NCBI RefSeq assembly: GCF_000143415.4
Contig: NW_003314386.1
Span: forward strand, 351,895-415,894
Direction: 5' to 3'
DNA length: 64,000 bases
Source: Selaginella moellendorffii
Taxonomy: Eukaryota; Plantae; Lycopodiophyta
Shown piece after piece: positions 11,039 to 24,372 of the stretch. The position numbers and the translations under genes were made by a program. Position 1 is the first letter of the stretch. Each line of letters begins with the position of its first letter. The notes under the pieces are model-generated. The model was not told the origin of the DNA. It saw only the letters and a program-made list of their open reading frames with translations, and made no database searches.

Positions 11039-14000
11039 TCAAGCAAAGTCATCGATATTATCTGGTAACTTCTGTCCATTTCGTACAACTTTTAGAAGGC
11101 GTTGCGAGAGGTGCTCCTGAGAGACAGACGTGCCAGTCAAGGTTAAGTACTCCAAGGATGGATAAAGGGAGCTAATCTGCAGAGGGTAACATGCTGATCT
11201 TCCTGCAACCCATCAGATCAAGCTCTCTTAGCAAAGGAAGCCTTGCAACACCATCAGGTATCACATCCAAATTTTCCAGATGCCTTAAATTCAGAGCTCT
11301 CAACTTTGTGAATGAAGCGTACCATTCTGGTAGCTGGTGAATACCACAGCTCTCTATTTCCAACCGCGTCAGCTGTGGGAACGCATCCATGGCACCTAGA
11401 GAGACATCTGGGAGATTTTCAAATCCTTCAAGGAATATTTCTTGAAGTCGTGGGAACTTGCCACCGAATGCAACACAGGCAAGCATGCCGAAGCTATCGA
11501 TTTTAACACGTCTCAGTGATGGGCACTCGGATATGTTGAGTGTGGTCACTTTGTCGCAAGAACTTAGATAAAGTATACCTAGATTTGGAAGGAACGAGAT
11601 AGGCAAGTCCTTCAAGGATGGACACATCCAGATGCTGAGGTCCTTTAGTGATGCCAGTTGAGAAATGGTAAGCACCTCAGTCAAATTTTCACAATTCGAA
11701 AGGGAGAGGCTTGTCAGCATGGGAAGCATTTCCTGTGTTAAGAAAGGAAGGCACTCAAGGTGGTGATTCCAACCTATAACCAAGGTTTGCAAGTTCTCCA
11801 TGCTGGAGGTTACTTTAAACTCACATTCCCCATTTAAGCCTCCCACTTCCAAAGTTCTCAACCTTGGAAATCTGCTCCAATCCCAGTCTGACAATGGAAG
11901 ATCCAATTCCTGCAGTTTCACACTTTCAAGGTTGGTCAAGCATCGAAAGCTGTCATATGTTACCCTCGTCTGACCCCTTATTTCCAGCTCTTTTAAATTG
12001 GACAGTTCGCCTATGCTTGCAGGTAGCTCCACAGCTAACATTGTATGAATAATCAACACTTCCAACTTTGTCAATGCCTGAAACATTCCATCTAGATGGA
12101 GACCAAACCTCCTGTTTAAGCATTTCTTATGTTTGAAAAGTCGATGATGCAACCTGTGGCAAGTCCACATTGCAAAGTTGTTCTCTCCATTTATATAGAC
12201 CAGGTTGGTGAGTTTGAGCAAAGCATCCACGGGGAAAGTCTCGAGTGTCCGACAATTCCCCAAGTCCAGATATGACAAGTTGGTCAACTTTCCCAGCGAA
12301 TCTGGAATGCTTTGGAGTGATGTATTCCAAGACAAGTCTAGAGTCTGTAAATTCTTGAGCTTTCCAATGCTATGTGGTAGGGTTACCACTCCACTGCGAC
12401 TCAAGCACAAAACCTTCAAGCTTTTGAAAAGAGAGAGGCTTGGCAATGAAGTAAGATGGAAATAATTTTGATCCAGGAGCATGCAAGTGGTGCTTGAAAC
12501 TGTGACCCTGTTCTTCCCTATAGGTAGACGACACCCCACCAGTGAAATCTTGCTGTAGTTACTTGTGAAGGCATCCCAAGCATTCGAGCAGCCAACCTTG
12601 AAGTAACACTTGGGGCCTTCTTGTTCCAAGATGTGCAAAGCAAGAGCCAATAACGCATCGTGAATCCTGTACCTCTTATCCCCCAGCCACCGTCCACCTG
12701 GAGAGTTTTCTTCGTCAGTAATAAGTGCGTGATTCTTGAGCCTTTCTAAAACATTCACGGCCTCTGCTGTGTTGGCAACCAGCCCTTCCCCTTTCCAACA
12801 CTTGAATAGATCCCAGAATCCAATTTGCCTGTCTTCTGGAAACGCAGCAAAGAAGAGAAAGTGCTGCTGGATGCCCAGAGGTAACAATGCATCATACCCC
12901 AGCTTAAGTCGCTGCAATACCTGTTGTTCCTCATCAAGAGTAGCAAGTTGTTGATCATTGAGTTTTCCCAAAACAAAGTCCCAATCTTGTTTGCCTGCCA
13001 TTCTTCTGCCAATTACCTTCAACACCAGTGGAAGCCCCCCACACTTCTCCACAACTTGCTCCATTACTATCTTCTTGACTTGATTCTGAGCATATTTTTG
13101 GTTTGGGTACGCATGGACTGTGAACAATTTCAAACTGTCTTCCTTTCCCAAAAGCCCCATTTTGGTTTTAATTGCACCTCTGCTGTCAAGCACATCAAGT
13201 TTCCGAGTGGTAATGAAGATCTTGCTTCCATTCTCTTGCACCACATCAAACAGATCCAAAAGATCGCCAGATGTCCAGACATCATCCAACACCATCAAGC
13301 ACCTCTTTCCTGCAAGCCCCCTCCTCAGTGTTTCATTGCTAATCCGACTTTCTAGTCTGATTTGATTGGCAAGTTCGGCTTGTTTTGCTTCCACCTGAGG
13401 AGATGCAACCATAGCAATATATGTATTGCTTGAAGCTATGATAAGCTTAAGGACTTACCTGACATGTCTGACCGAATGTTAGCCACAAAACTGGATCGAA
13501 ATGCTCCTTGACTTGGTGGTTTTCACATACTCGTTTGGCCAAGAGTGTTTTTCCAGCACCTCCTACTCCATGAACTCCAACCCACTTGCTGCTTACAGGG
13601 GACCCCAGCAAGTCTGATACAACCCGCTCCAGCATCTCTTCCATACCAAAAATGTGCTCATCCAGAGGAACAACATGCTGTTCTTCCTTTGGAACCACAT
13701 TAGAGGGCACCTCCTTTTGCTTCTTCAATGCAACTCTCTGCAGAAGCTCAACGCCAAGATGCCGAGGAGCTGCAGCCAAGTGCCCGTGAATCGCTTTGGA
13801 GCACTGGTCAATCTTGGTAGCAAGTGTTATCCTGCAACAAGTCACAACTCAGACAAGAGTATTTCGAGAGAAGCACAACCGACCTCTTTGGGAAATCTAG
13901 AATGGGATTTTGTAGGGACTGGCACTCAAGAACAAGAGGTTTAGCCTCTTCAACCTTGGTTTTGAGGACTTTTAGCCAGGTATCCAAATGTGAGGAGCTC

Positions 14001-14176
14001 AGACAGCCCGAATACCTGTTCAGTTCACCCAGCAGAGCTGATGCTTCGGTCAAAGAATCCTCCAAATCGCTGCACTTCTCCTTGCAATGAATGCCAGACT
14101 TGGAGAGCCCAATCACTTCGTTGACAGCTGCAGAAACAAGCGCACTCAACACACCCGTGGGATCAACATTGGCCAT
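11039..14176 (-). CDS. RPW8-type CC-NB-ARC-LRR (RNL-like) immune receptor; 1-bp frameshift near the 3' end (annotated-frame stop 11172, restored-frame stop 11039)
   Basis: N-terminal RPW8-like helical domain (GVLSALVSAAVNEV...CSDLEDSLTEASALLGEL...LKTKVEEAKPLVLEC). P-loop GVGGAGKT, kinase-2 LMVLDDVW, RNBS-B KIFITTR, GGLPL, IHD. Many LxxLxL repeats. Two short introns at about 13883-13832 and 13459-13396. Confidence 0.92.
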
Positions 14177-14639
14177 GACTGCAAGTCCTGTGTTTCATCA
14201 ACACGAGCATATTGTATAACAAGCATATCAGATAGAGATCACTACGCCATGCAACATGTTTGCTAACGCCAGACTTACATGCGAATTCGAATGAGGCAAC
14301 ACGTTTGCGCGTTCGTGGGTTATCAAATTTGGCCTCAAGTTGATTGAGAATATGGAATGTCAAATGTAAACAATCCAGTAGACCAGGTCATGATGTGTCC
14401 AGCGCATGCATGGCATAAAATCTAATATACGCCTTGGCTCATGGTTTTTATTTCTAATTGCCCCTCCCTCGCAAGTCGGAGTCGGCTGTGTGGTCGGGAT
14501 CCATCTTTTTCCCATGAACATGGGAAGCCTCCACAATGCGCTTCAAGTGCAAGTGTAGGTCATGGAGAAAAACAGGTGCGTATTTTCTTCTCTTCCAAAA
14601 AAGTGCTTGTTGTGATTAATCCATGTTTTGTTGGCTTGC

Positions 14640-14850
14640 AAAAAGGAGGGAGCGGGAACTGGACGTGAGCTATCAAGCTGTAAAATTACCTTGCAAGAGA
14701 AACAAGCGACCTCGAAACACATGTTTCCATGGTCGCGATCAAGAGGCTCGAGCTCTTGGCTACGCTGATAAGCTCATGATGGAGATTCTCACACACCACA
14801 ACTTGGTGCGTTTGCTCTGCTAGGCCGAGAGGCTGCTGGTTTACAAGTAA
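14640..14850 (+). pseudogene. Degenerate receptor-kinase fragment (subdomains II-V)
   Basis: Across frames reads MVAIKRL...MEIL..HHNLVRLLC*AERLLVYK, with deletions and a stop codon. Confidence 0.6.
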
Positions 14851-16680
14851 GCTGCCAGAGCGACCAGGCAAGTAACGTGCCTCCACCATAGCTGCAAGCC
14901 GAGGATCATGCACTGGACTGGAATGTATCGTTATGAATGAGTGGGTGCTCGTTCTGGAATCTGAAACCGCTCCAGAAAAAACTAGATTGGTAAGAATGAT
15001 GTTATTTTCCAATGCTTTCATGCCAAAGACAACCAGCATCTAGATGGAATATTTGAATTTTAATAAATTAATATCTTAAATATTAACACTTTATATTGTT
15101 TGAAAAACAAAATAATTCAATCAATTGTTTCTAGTAATGTTGTAGTAATGGATGCTTTATATTACTTTTTTGTAGTTTAATATAGTATTAGTGGTTTATT
15201 GATCTTTAATCTTGGTAAATGCTTTTAAATACAAGCATTACCATCCTTGTTAGACGTCTATGTTAGTATTAAACATCCAACTACTCTGCAATATTCCAAA
15301 TACTTTGAAGTCCTTTCCAAATTAAGTTATGTATGGGCCAAACTATAAATAACACTACTTTCTCTCACAATTTACTGAATTTAAAGCCATGAAGTAGTAA
15401 TTTGATCTCTTGTTGATACTGGAATATTATTAAAGCACTAACTTGCATAATTTTGAAGAGACAAAAAAGATGGTATTAAACATCCATATGTGTCACTATT
15501 CCAAATGCTTTGAAAATCATTATATATAACTAAATTTCTATCACTTTGTAAAATGAGTTGCCAAATGCTCCATTAGCATTGGTTTTAGTAAACCATTTAG
15601 GTTCATTTTTAAAATAGATGACTAAATTGCAATCACGTGGCATAATTAAAATTAAATTTTTGTTTGATGAGTAAATTGAGTTTTTTTTAACGTTTTTTTG
15701 ATAAAAGAACATTGTGAACTAAATAATGTAGTTTTTGTACTGATTCATAATATAAATCTCTAATGTGAATATTAATGTTTGCAAATCTAAAATTATAATT
15801 CTAAACCAAGTCTTTCTTTTAACTTTATATTCAATTGAATAACCAGTCTTACTTTAAAGTCATCTGAACAAAATTCTTCTGTATCACTATTGGCATTTCC
15901 AAGAATTCTTTGTGATGCTCTTAAAATGGTATTACCAAAGACAGTATCAATCATGTTTAAATATGTAGAAAATATTTCTTCTACTTTATTAGGGTGAATA
16001 TAAAAAGTAAATAAAACTCTTTTGTTATCTCCTAATGGAAATATTGCACTATAAGGTAAACCTACCTTGCAGTACTTATAAAAATTTCTCTAACAAGCTC
16101 TGTAATCCTTACAATAATATACCTGATTGACATTAATGAAACTGCAAATCGATTCCCATATAGAAAAAAAGAGGAAAATTAGTTTCTCATAAAAACATTT
16201 TTGTAATAAATAATTCCTACGATTTTCTTATATTAACATTTTTTAACATTATTTAAGTCAAAATTATGATTTAAAATATAATTTTTTTTAAGAGAATACT
16301 ATTAAGTTTTACTTTTTTATAGTGTTTTTAATTGTTTTTTATAAAACTATTATATTTATATGAATTTATATATATAAATGTAGAATGAATGTTTGAAATA
16401 AATATGCTTTCTAAAGTTTAAATATCCTTTCTGTTTCAAGATTACCTAGTGGAACACGTGCATCATTATGAAAGTTTTTGGTTTGCTCAAGTAAACATCT
16501 ATTGGATGGTAATGCTATGGACATATCTAGAATATTCTTGGATACTTAGCATATTTTATATATATAACTTCTCTACAGCAATCTACAGAAGTTAAAATGG
16601 TTGTTCCCATTGAGGACAGATATGGGGAGGTAATTATTTATTCTTCCTCTTTTCTTGCCTTAACGTTGTTATTTATTTCA

Positions 16681-16825
16681 AACATACATACATACATATA
16701 TATATATAGATATATATAGATATATATACTATATACATACTATACCTATATACATTTACATATATATACATTTACCCTATACATATTTACTTATACATAT
16801 ATATACATATACATATTTTTATATA
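16681..16825. repeat. (TA)/(TACA)-rich degenerate microsatellite running into the gap
   Basis: catacatacatatatatatagatatata... seen directly. Confidence 0.9.
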
Positions 16826-16925
16826 NNNNNNNNNNNNNNNNNNNNNNNNNNNNNNNNNNNNNNNNNNNNNNNNNNNNNNNNNNNNNNNNNNNNNNNNNNN
16901 NNNNNNNNNNNNNNNNNNNNNNNNN
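16826..16925. other. Assembly gap (100 N)
   Basis: Run of N; a poly-A stretch follows it. Confidence 1.
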
Positions 16926-16930
16926 AAAGG

Positions 16931-16961
<31 letters not shown>

Positions 16962-16989
16962 AAAAAAAGCAGGAGCGCCGGGTTTTTTT

Positions 16990-17450
16990 TGATAACTAGC
17001 TGGAACCAGCAGATACTAAAGTTGTGCTTGATCGAAGATAGTACTTGAAATATTGACTTAATATTGGGCCTGAGAAGTATATGTAAGCTTTGATAGATCC
17101 CAGTGAATCATCCTTCTCAGCAGACCTTGCCAAGGACAATCTAGAGAAGTCAACTGATTGTTCCCATTGAGGACAGATCTGGGGAGGTAATTATTTATTC
17201 TTCCTCTTTACTTGCCTGAACACGGTTAACTTTATATGACTGAACAGATAACCGTGAAACTAGTTCTAAAAGGATGGTGTTTCCAGACAATCCTCTTACA
17301 ATTAGACGCAACCGGTACCTCACGGACAGAAAGATCAAAGTCACAGTAGTTGAAGGAAGGAATCTAGCACCAAAAGATAGGAGTGGAAAAAGTGACCCTC
17401 ACTTGAAACTGCAATCGAGACTGGAAACGGAAAGCTTCACATAGAAACAG
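16990..17450 (+). pseudogene. Fragment of an SMP-C2 synaptotagmin-like (NTMC2/SYTF-like) gene
   Basis: Reads VPIEDRSGE|intron|ITVKLVLKGW.. and TDRKIKVTVVEGRNLAPKDRSGKSDPHLKLQ (start of a C2 domain), with stops and frameshifts. The exon-intron piece near 17160-17217 is also present at about 16603-16660. Confidence 0.7.
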
Positions 17451-17924
17451 GTAAGAGGTTTTGTATTTGGATGGTGTAGCCACCCTTCTTAATGATATTA
17501 TTTTAAGTGAGGAAACTTTAGGTGGGCCTTTCACAGATGGTGCAAATGGAATGCAAGCTGATGGATATCTTGATGACGGAGCAAAGTTACCTTTTTAAAC
17601 ATGTTTTGTATTAGTGATAAGCAAACATTAAATAAACAAATTAGAGAACAGTTTAAGAGTAGTAAATCACAGCCGTTGGATTGAAGATTAAAGTATTACG
17701 ATATTCTAGGCATATTCTTCCACATGAATCATTAGAATATTCTCACTGTCCAACAGTTAACATTGACTAGTTTCGACTAATTTTTGACCCTTGGACGAAC
17801 ACTAGTTTTTTGATTACTTTCCCAAAAACTCGCCAATGCCTGCCTTGCTCTTGACCTTAGTAACTGGAAAAATACTGGAAGAATGACACAGACCTGCATA
17901 CCTCTCCACCTCCATTGAATCAAC

Positions 17925-19364
17925 TCACTCCTTCATCACGTTCAGGATCACTCCAGCACCCACGGTCTTGCCACCCTCGCGAATCGCAAATCTCATCTTC
18001 TTCTCGCACGCGATCGGGGTGATGAGATCCACCTTCATGTTGACGCGATCGCCCGGCATCACCATCTTGGATTCCTCCCCTTTCTCGCCGGTCACCTCGA
18101 TCACCTTGCCCGTCACGTCCGTCGTTCTCATGTAGAACTGGGGCCTGTAGCCGCAGAAGAATGGCGAGTGGCGTCCACCTTCTTCCTTCTTGAGCACGTA
18201 GACTTGCGCCTCGAACTTGCTAAACGGCTGGATCGATCCGGGCTTGGCGAGCACCATTCCCCTCTGGATGTCCGTCTTTTGGATGCCTCTCAAGAGCAAT
18301 CCACAGTTATCGCCAGCCAGTGCCTCGTCCAGCTCCTTCTTGAACATCTCGCACCCGGTCACCGTCGTGTTCCTTGTATCGCCCAGGCCAACGATCTCGA
18401 CCACCTCGCCAACCTTGACGGTGCCCCTCTCGACCCGTCCCGTGGCCACAGTTCCACGCCCGGTGATCGAAAACACGTCCTCGATCGCCATGAGGAACGG
18501 GAGGTCCGTCTGCCGTGGAGGAATCGGGATGTACTTGTCCACCGCGTCCCGGAGCTCGTAGATCTTGTCCACCCACTTATCGTCCCCTCGCTTGATCTCC
18601 TTGTTGCTCGTCAGCGCCGTGAGAGCGTTGAGAGCTGATCCAGATACCACGGGGACGTCGTCTCCCGGGAACTCGTACGAGTTGAGAAGCTCGCGGACCT
18701 CGAGCTCCACGAGCTGGAGGAGCTCCTCGTCGTCCACCATGTCCTGCTTGTTGAGGAACACGACCATGCTCGGCACCCCGACTTGCTTGGCCAGGAGGAC
18801 GTGTTCTTTCGTCTGTGGCATCGGCCCATCGGCTCCAGACACGACCAGGATGGCCCCGTCCATCTGCGCTGCTCCAGTGATCATGTTCTTGACGTAGTCG
18901 GCATGGCCGGGGCAATCGACGTGAGCGTAGTGCCGCTCCTCGCTCTCATACTCCACGCACGCCGTGTTGATGGTGATCCCGCGAGCTTTCTCCTCCGGAG
19001 CAGCGTCGATCTCGTCATACTTCTTGGGCTTTCCACCACCGATTCCAATGAAAGTTAGCGCCGCTGTCAAGGTGGTCTTGCCGTGATCCACATGCCCGAT
19101 TGTGCCGATGTTGACGTGCGGCTTCTTCCTCTCGAATTTCCCCTTTGCCGCGCGGACCACCAGCGAGGAAGAGGACCTCCGCCCGGGGACACGCTCTCTG
19201 AAAATCTCGGCTTGCAATGCCTGGTGGAAGCTCTGTTGCGAGTGTGAGAAGCCGAATCCTAGAGCCACTGGCGACCGGGAGGGGGTAATCGAAGGCTTGG
19301 CGGCCTGGAAAGTGGTGCCGCTCGCTGCCGCTGCCGAGGACGTGACTGCCGTGCAGCACGCCAT
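17925..19364 (-). CDS. tufA: Nuclear-encoded plastid elongation factor Tu
   Basis: 479-aa intronless ORF. Ser/Ala-rich transit peptide ending VVRA, then [40 protein letters not shown], and the plastid/cyanobacterial-type insert ([15 protein letters not shown]). C-terminus [14 protein letters not shown]. Confidence 0.97.
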   Translation of the reverse strand: MACCTAVTSSAAAASGTTFQAAKPSITPSRSPVALGFGFSHSQQSFHQALQAEIFRERVPGRRSSSSLVVRAAKGKFERKKPHVNIGTIGHVDHGKTTLTAALTFIGIGGGKPKKYDEIDAAPEEKARGITINTACVEYESEERHYAHVDCPGHADYVKNMITGAAQMDGAILVVSGADGPMPQTKEHVLLAKQVGVPSMVVFLNKQDMVDDEELLQLVELEVRELLNSYEFPGDDVPVVSGSALNALTALTSNKEIKRGDDKWVDKIYELRDAVDKYIPIPPRQTDLPFLMAIEDVFSITGRGTVATGRVERGTVKVGEVVEIVGLGDTRNTTVTGCEMFKKELDEALAGDNCGLLLRGIQKTDIQRGMVLAKPGSIQPFSKFEAQVYVLKKEEGGRHSPFFCGYRPQFYMRTTDVTGKVIEVTGEKGEESKMVMPGDRVNMKVDLITPIACEKKMRFAIREGGKTVGAGVILNVMKE

Positions 19365-19370
19365 GCCCGA

Positions 19371-19387
19371 TAAACCCTAAAACCCTG
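19371..19387. promoter_or_regulatory. Telo-box (AAACCCTA) elements just upstream of the tufA ATG
   Basis: taaaccctaaaaccct. Telo-boxes are typical of plant translation-machinery genes. Confidence 0.6.
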
Positions 19388-19712
19388 GCGGGATGGAATC
19401 ACTGCTCTCGATCTCTTGCCGCGCCTGCAAAGAGCCTCGCATCAAACATCCATCGATCCAATGCCGGCGCTAGAATGCGAGAAATCTGAGCTAGAATGTA
19501 CCTGGGCGCTGGTCGAAGATCGCGCGCCTCGCCTCTCCTCCTCCACGCCCGCCACAATAATCCCTCAAATGGATAGAGCGTAGCAACGGCCACGATGGAT
19601 CCAAGCCTAGCACCATTCGGATGCCGCCACGTAGCGCTAACGACAGCCTTCCATTTGAGCTTATATTGACCGTCAGATATTTACGCGATTATAATACAAA
19701 AATTTCTGTTTA

Positions 19713-20406
19713 CTAGTAATCATCTCCTTCGTCCTCGTCTCTCCTGTTGCGAAGAACCCTAGAGATCCATCCCACGGCCAGTAATCCCAGCAGCAATGGA
19801 ACGAAATCGAATCCACCGACGCCTACAGCCACTGCCGGAGCGGGCGGAGCGAAGAACGAGAATGGGGACAATCCCCATCCGCCACCGAAGAATGGATTCC
19901 CATAGCCGCCATAGCCATAGCCAGGATTCACGTAGATGTTTGTCCTGCGCACCATCACTGGCTTTTGAAAGTCAAGATCGAAAGTGGGTCTACCTGGAAT
20001 TGTTGATTCTGGGGCCGGATCGAGGAGGAGGAGCTGATCTTGGCGGTGGAGCCACTCTTGGCGCCATTCTTGGAGCGGAACGGAAGGACTGACCTCCAAT
20101 TCTACCGCCAGAGGGAGCTGCGATGGCGACGGTGTCGGCAGGATCAGATGGAGATGGAGCTGCGAGAAGAATTCCAGCTGCGATTGCTGAGAAGATCACT
20201 CTCCCCAATTTGCTCCTCCCACTGGTAAACTGATCGATCACAAACAGATCACACAGACAATGAAATCGATACCTTGTGCTGGGCGACGACGATTCTTCGT
20301 CACTGCTCGAGCTGGAGCATCGAATCCGAAGGCGCTGCTCAGAATGAAGCCCATGAGCGAGCAAACTCTTCCCGGAAGCTGTTGCCATCACCATCACTTG
20401 CGCCAT
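19713..20406 (-). CDS. Plastid-targeted Gly/Pro-rich transmembrane protein, At5g57345 (OxR)-like
   Basis: Transit-like N-terminus; SGGRIGGQSFRS..PRINNSR|TNIYVNP..GYG..WGLSPFSFFAP..AVAVGVGGFD, then a TM helix and an acidic DEDEGDDY tail. Short introns. Family recognised from memory. Confidence 0.75.
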
Positions 20407-20793
20407 TCTCTTCCAAAACTCTCTTTCTCCTTTGTCGTGGATGATCAAGCATGAAAAGAAATACCCTCCCTCTACCGACATAAACTTAATCCTTTTTCTC
20501 ATGTGAGTAATCAATCATATCCTTAGGATGTGGTTCTCCTAACTCTAGATCCAAAACCCAGTGATCGAAGGTAGTAAAACTTTCTAGTCCTACCATCTCG
20601 CATGGTAGTCCATTCTAACACATAGGCATTTATGCTAAACATGGTTCACATACTTACTATAATTAATCTTTTCAGGTTAAGTAGGGTTTATATTGTTATT
20701 TAAATGTATATTAGATGATGGAATAGGCCAGGATATTAGAACATCCTAGGTATCCACTACTATATATCAAAAACTATGCAAAACATTTTGTTG

Positions 20794-20797
<4 letters not shown>

Positions 20798-20826
<29 letters not shown>
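20798..20826. repeat. (TA)n microsatellite
   Basis: tatatata... seen directly. Confidence 0.95.
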
Positions 20827-20828
<2 letters not shown>

Positions 20829-21103
20829 GCAAATAAGTGTTTTTTACTTTTAAATTATAATTTTGACTTTAACTAAAGGATTCTTTAAAAGATATTAATA
20901 TTTTTTAATTGCCTGAGCTGATTTACAATTTCATTATCTACTAGGTGTGTTAATAAGGATCATTTGAAAAATATTTGTAAATTACTGCAAGGCATTTAAT
21001 GTTGATGATAATCCTTCTGGGCCAGGTCAGCTAACTTTCTCTATCAAGTTATTTTCCATATTCAATATACAATGTTGTCAAAATCTAAGTATTTCTTTTT
21101 TCT

Positions 21104-24100
21104 CTAAGCCGATGAATCTGAAGGTTCGTAACGATCTAGACTCCTTTGTGAGGATCCCAAATCGTCTGCTGTTAGCCTTCGCTTGCTCAAGCTCGCTCGT
21201 TGCATCAAACGCACCAAAGCTTGGACAACTTCCGACATTGGAGGCCGGAACTCCGGCTCGGGCTGCGCGAGAGAATCAAACCCAACGAGCTTGGATCATT
21301 GGTACAAAACGCAAACTTTTACCTGGACACACGATGAGATGATATCGGCAAAGCGGGAGAGAGACTTGGCCGGATAGATTCCTTTGAGTGCTGGATCAAC
21401 CATCCTCGACAAGGCATCGATGTCGTGGAGCTGCGGCACTGCCCATCGCACCAGCGATTGTTCGGCTCGGCTCCTCGAGCTGGAAGTTTCAAGTTTGGAG
21501 CTTACTTACATAAAACTCTTGGATGGAAGAACTTCAAGATTTTACCTGTCTAGCGATTTTCTTCCGGTTAGAAGCTCCAGCATCACCACTCCAAAGCTGT
21601 AAACATCGCTCTTGACAGTGTACACGCCAGACATGGCAAACTCCGGCGCGCTGTAGCCAAAAGAGACCAGCATTTGCGAAGAAACCTGCAATAAGGACGA
21701 TCGAGAAAGAAGAAAAGAGATTAAAGACGAGACTGAAAAGAAAAGTGAGATGGATACCTGACGCTCGGCACCGTAGGGAGCGAGTGCTGCTAGTCCACAG
21801 TCCGAGACTCGAGGATTAAGTTCCTCGTCCAAAAGAATGTTGACCGACTTGAAGTTCCTGTGAACTATAGCTGGGTGATAAACTTCGTGCAAATACCTGT
21901 GGAAAGCATCTAATGATCAAAAGAAGGATAGTGACGAAATAGTTCTTACTCGAGTGCTCGAGCAGCTCCCAGGGCGATCTTCACTCTTTGGTTCCATGAA
22001 AGTCTCCTGCTCGACTCATCCGAGCAATGGAGGACTTCAAACAGCGTTCCATACTCGACAAAGTCGTAAACTAGCAGCCTTTGCGAGTGCTCTGTGCAAT
22101 ATCCAACCAGCTCGGTGATGTTACTGTGCCGCAAGCGCGCTAGATTCGAGACCACTTTGATGAACTCGTCCTCGTTTTGTACCATAGGTGCTGAAGTGTC
22201 GAGCTTCTTCACAGCTACAATCTGGAAGAACACAACCGATGCTTATAACGAACGAGGAATAAAAAATGCCAAGAACTTTTACCTTGTCATCTATCTCGGC
22301 TCTATAGACTCTCCCGAGAGCTCCCTCTCCGACCAGATTTTCCTGAGAAAAGCTGTTCGTCGCAGCTTGGAGCTCGGCGATGGAGATGGCAGGGACGGCA
22401 ATCTGGAGCTTGGAAGCTTTGCCTGGCGTGGGTGTAATACTTTTCATGGCTGGGCTCTTTTCGATCGAAAGCTTGCTCTTTTCTGCGGGTGGTGGAGTCA
22501 AAGGCCTGTCAGCTTTTGGCTGCGCAAACATCTCTCGAGACACTGATCCACCGAACAAAGAAAGAATCGATGAGAAGTTTCATACTCAAAACATTCTTAC
22601 CTCTGTCCAGGGCAACGAGAGGATGACTCTTGGAGCTTCGCTTCTCTTCGTCTTTGGTCGAGTTGGTTCCTTCTTCGTCCTTGTTTGTTCTTCCGCAAAA
22701 GAAGAGAATTACCAGCAAGCCTGCGAGTAAAGCCAGTGCCGAGGCCACCACCACGCCTGCTATCTTTCCAGCGCTCCAGTACCGGCGACTCCCTCTGCTC
22801 ATCACACCTGATATAACCGGGCCTTTGAGCGGAGACTTCTGGTCGGGATTCTGTTTCACCGTGCTTGGCTGCTGCAAGACTTGCATTGATGGAGCGGAGG
22901 CTGGAGCGAAAAGGAATGGAGCTGGCGCAGGAGCCATGACAATCGCTGATCCAAACTGATTGCCAGTTATCCTGACGGAAAGTAAAACATGATTTTTTTC
23001 GAAACAGAACAAGAAAAGCTATGGCTTACTTGAGAGATGGAATCGTGAGAAGTGATGGTGGAATTTGTCCCGAGAAACCATTGTTTGTGATATCGCTGCA
23101 ACAAGGAGCAACATTTCGTGTTTGAGATTTTCGAGAGCAAGAACGTAACTTACAGGTCTTGGAGCTGCTGGAGTTGGCCTAGAACGCCGATATCTCCACT
23201 GAGCGAGTTGTTCTCCATATGCCTGACACGATCAAACAGTGTAAGAAACTGTGATCCAAGATCCAAGCGATCATGATTGAACTTACAAAGTTATCAAGCT
23301 CGTCAAAGCTCCCATGGAGGGTGGAAGGGGACCACTAAACTGGTTGCCAGACAGATCCCTGGATCAAAGAAATAAAAAACGTGGAGAATAGAACCAAGAA
23401 CTACTTACAGGCTCGTAAGACTTGTCAGGGATTGGAACATGTCCGGAACGGGACCGACAATCTGATTGTTGCTCATGTTGCTACAACAAAAAAAAAAAAA
23501 AAACCGAAACTTAAGCTCTCGATGGATCAAAACTCCTGAAAACTTACAAGCTTATCAGCGAGATAAGATCCTTCATTGAGTAGGGAAGTGTCTCGGTGAA
23601 CTCGTTGTTCGCAAAGTTTCTAGATACGAAAGAGATATCAAGAGCAACACGGAAGAATGAATGAAAACTACGTACATTTCTTGAATGCGAGGTGGAAGTT
23701 GATATGGAACCATCTGTCCGATGCTGTTATTGTTGAGATCCCTGGAGAAGAACGAGAAAAAGAGATAGGAGAGTTTAGCATGGATCGANNNNNNNNNNNN
23801 NNNNNNNNNNNNNNNNNNNNNNNNNNNNNNNNNNNNNNNNNNNNNNNNNNNNNNNNNNNNNNNNNNNNNNNNNNNNNNNNNNNNNNNNAGGAGACCTGTG
23901 AAGTTATAGAGCGCGTAGCCGAGCCATCCTGTTATTCCCAGTCCAGAGAGACGACTTTTGGATGGAAACGATTCAATGAATGATTGTTTCGAAGAGAAAA
24001 GAAAGTTCCAAAAGCAAAAGCTTGAGTGGAAGAACTTTCAAAGAGAAAAGCGACTTACATTCCAGTTATGTTCGGGCCAGCACACTGAATTCCTTGCCAC

Positions 24101-24372
24101 AATTCTCCACACGGGTCTACGGGATTCATGCTCCACCCAGTCAGTGGTGGCGAATTCAGGCTAGCGTAGAGAACCGAGAGAGCAAATACTGGAAGAGAAA
24201 GCAACAACGATCATCAACCTTGTCAAAATGCTTGAAACAAAGAGTGGAAGATCATACCATCTTGGGGATCTGTCCAGCTTTGAGCTTGCAAGAAGAGCCC
24301 CGCGAGAATGAAAACCACAGCCACCATCCTCCAATTCCACCTCGTCGCTCTTCTCGCTGGAGAAACTTCCAT
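21104..24372 (-). CDS. STRUBBELIG-receptor family (LRR-V) receptor-like kinase, many exons, spans a gap
   Basis: Signal peptide MEVSP...WTDPQD; [26 protein letters not shown] cap; ~72-bp LRR exons; Pro-rich linker and TM. Kinase reads [81 protein letters not shown]. Confidence 0.93.
23789..23888. other. Assembly gap (100 N) inside the SRF gene
   Basis: Run of N. Confidence 1.

Noticed and set aside
16926-16990. Poly-A run suggesting a retrocopy tail
   Set aside because: It abuts an assembly gap and may be low-quality read end; the neighbouring C2 fragment retains an intron.
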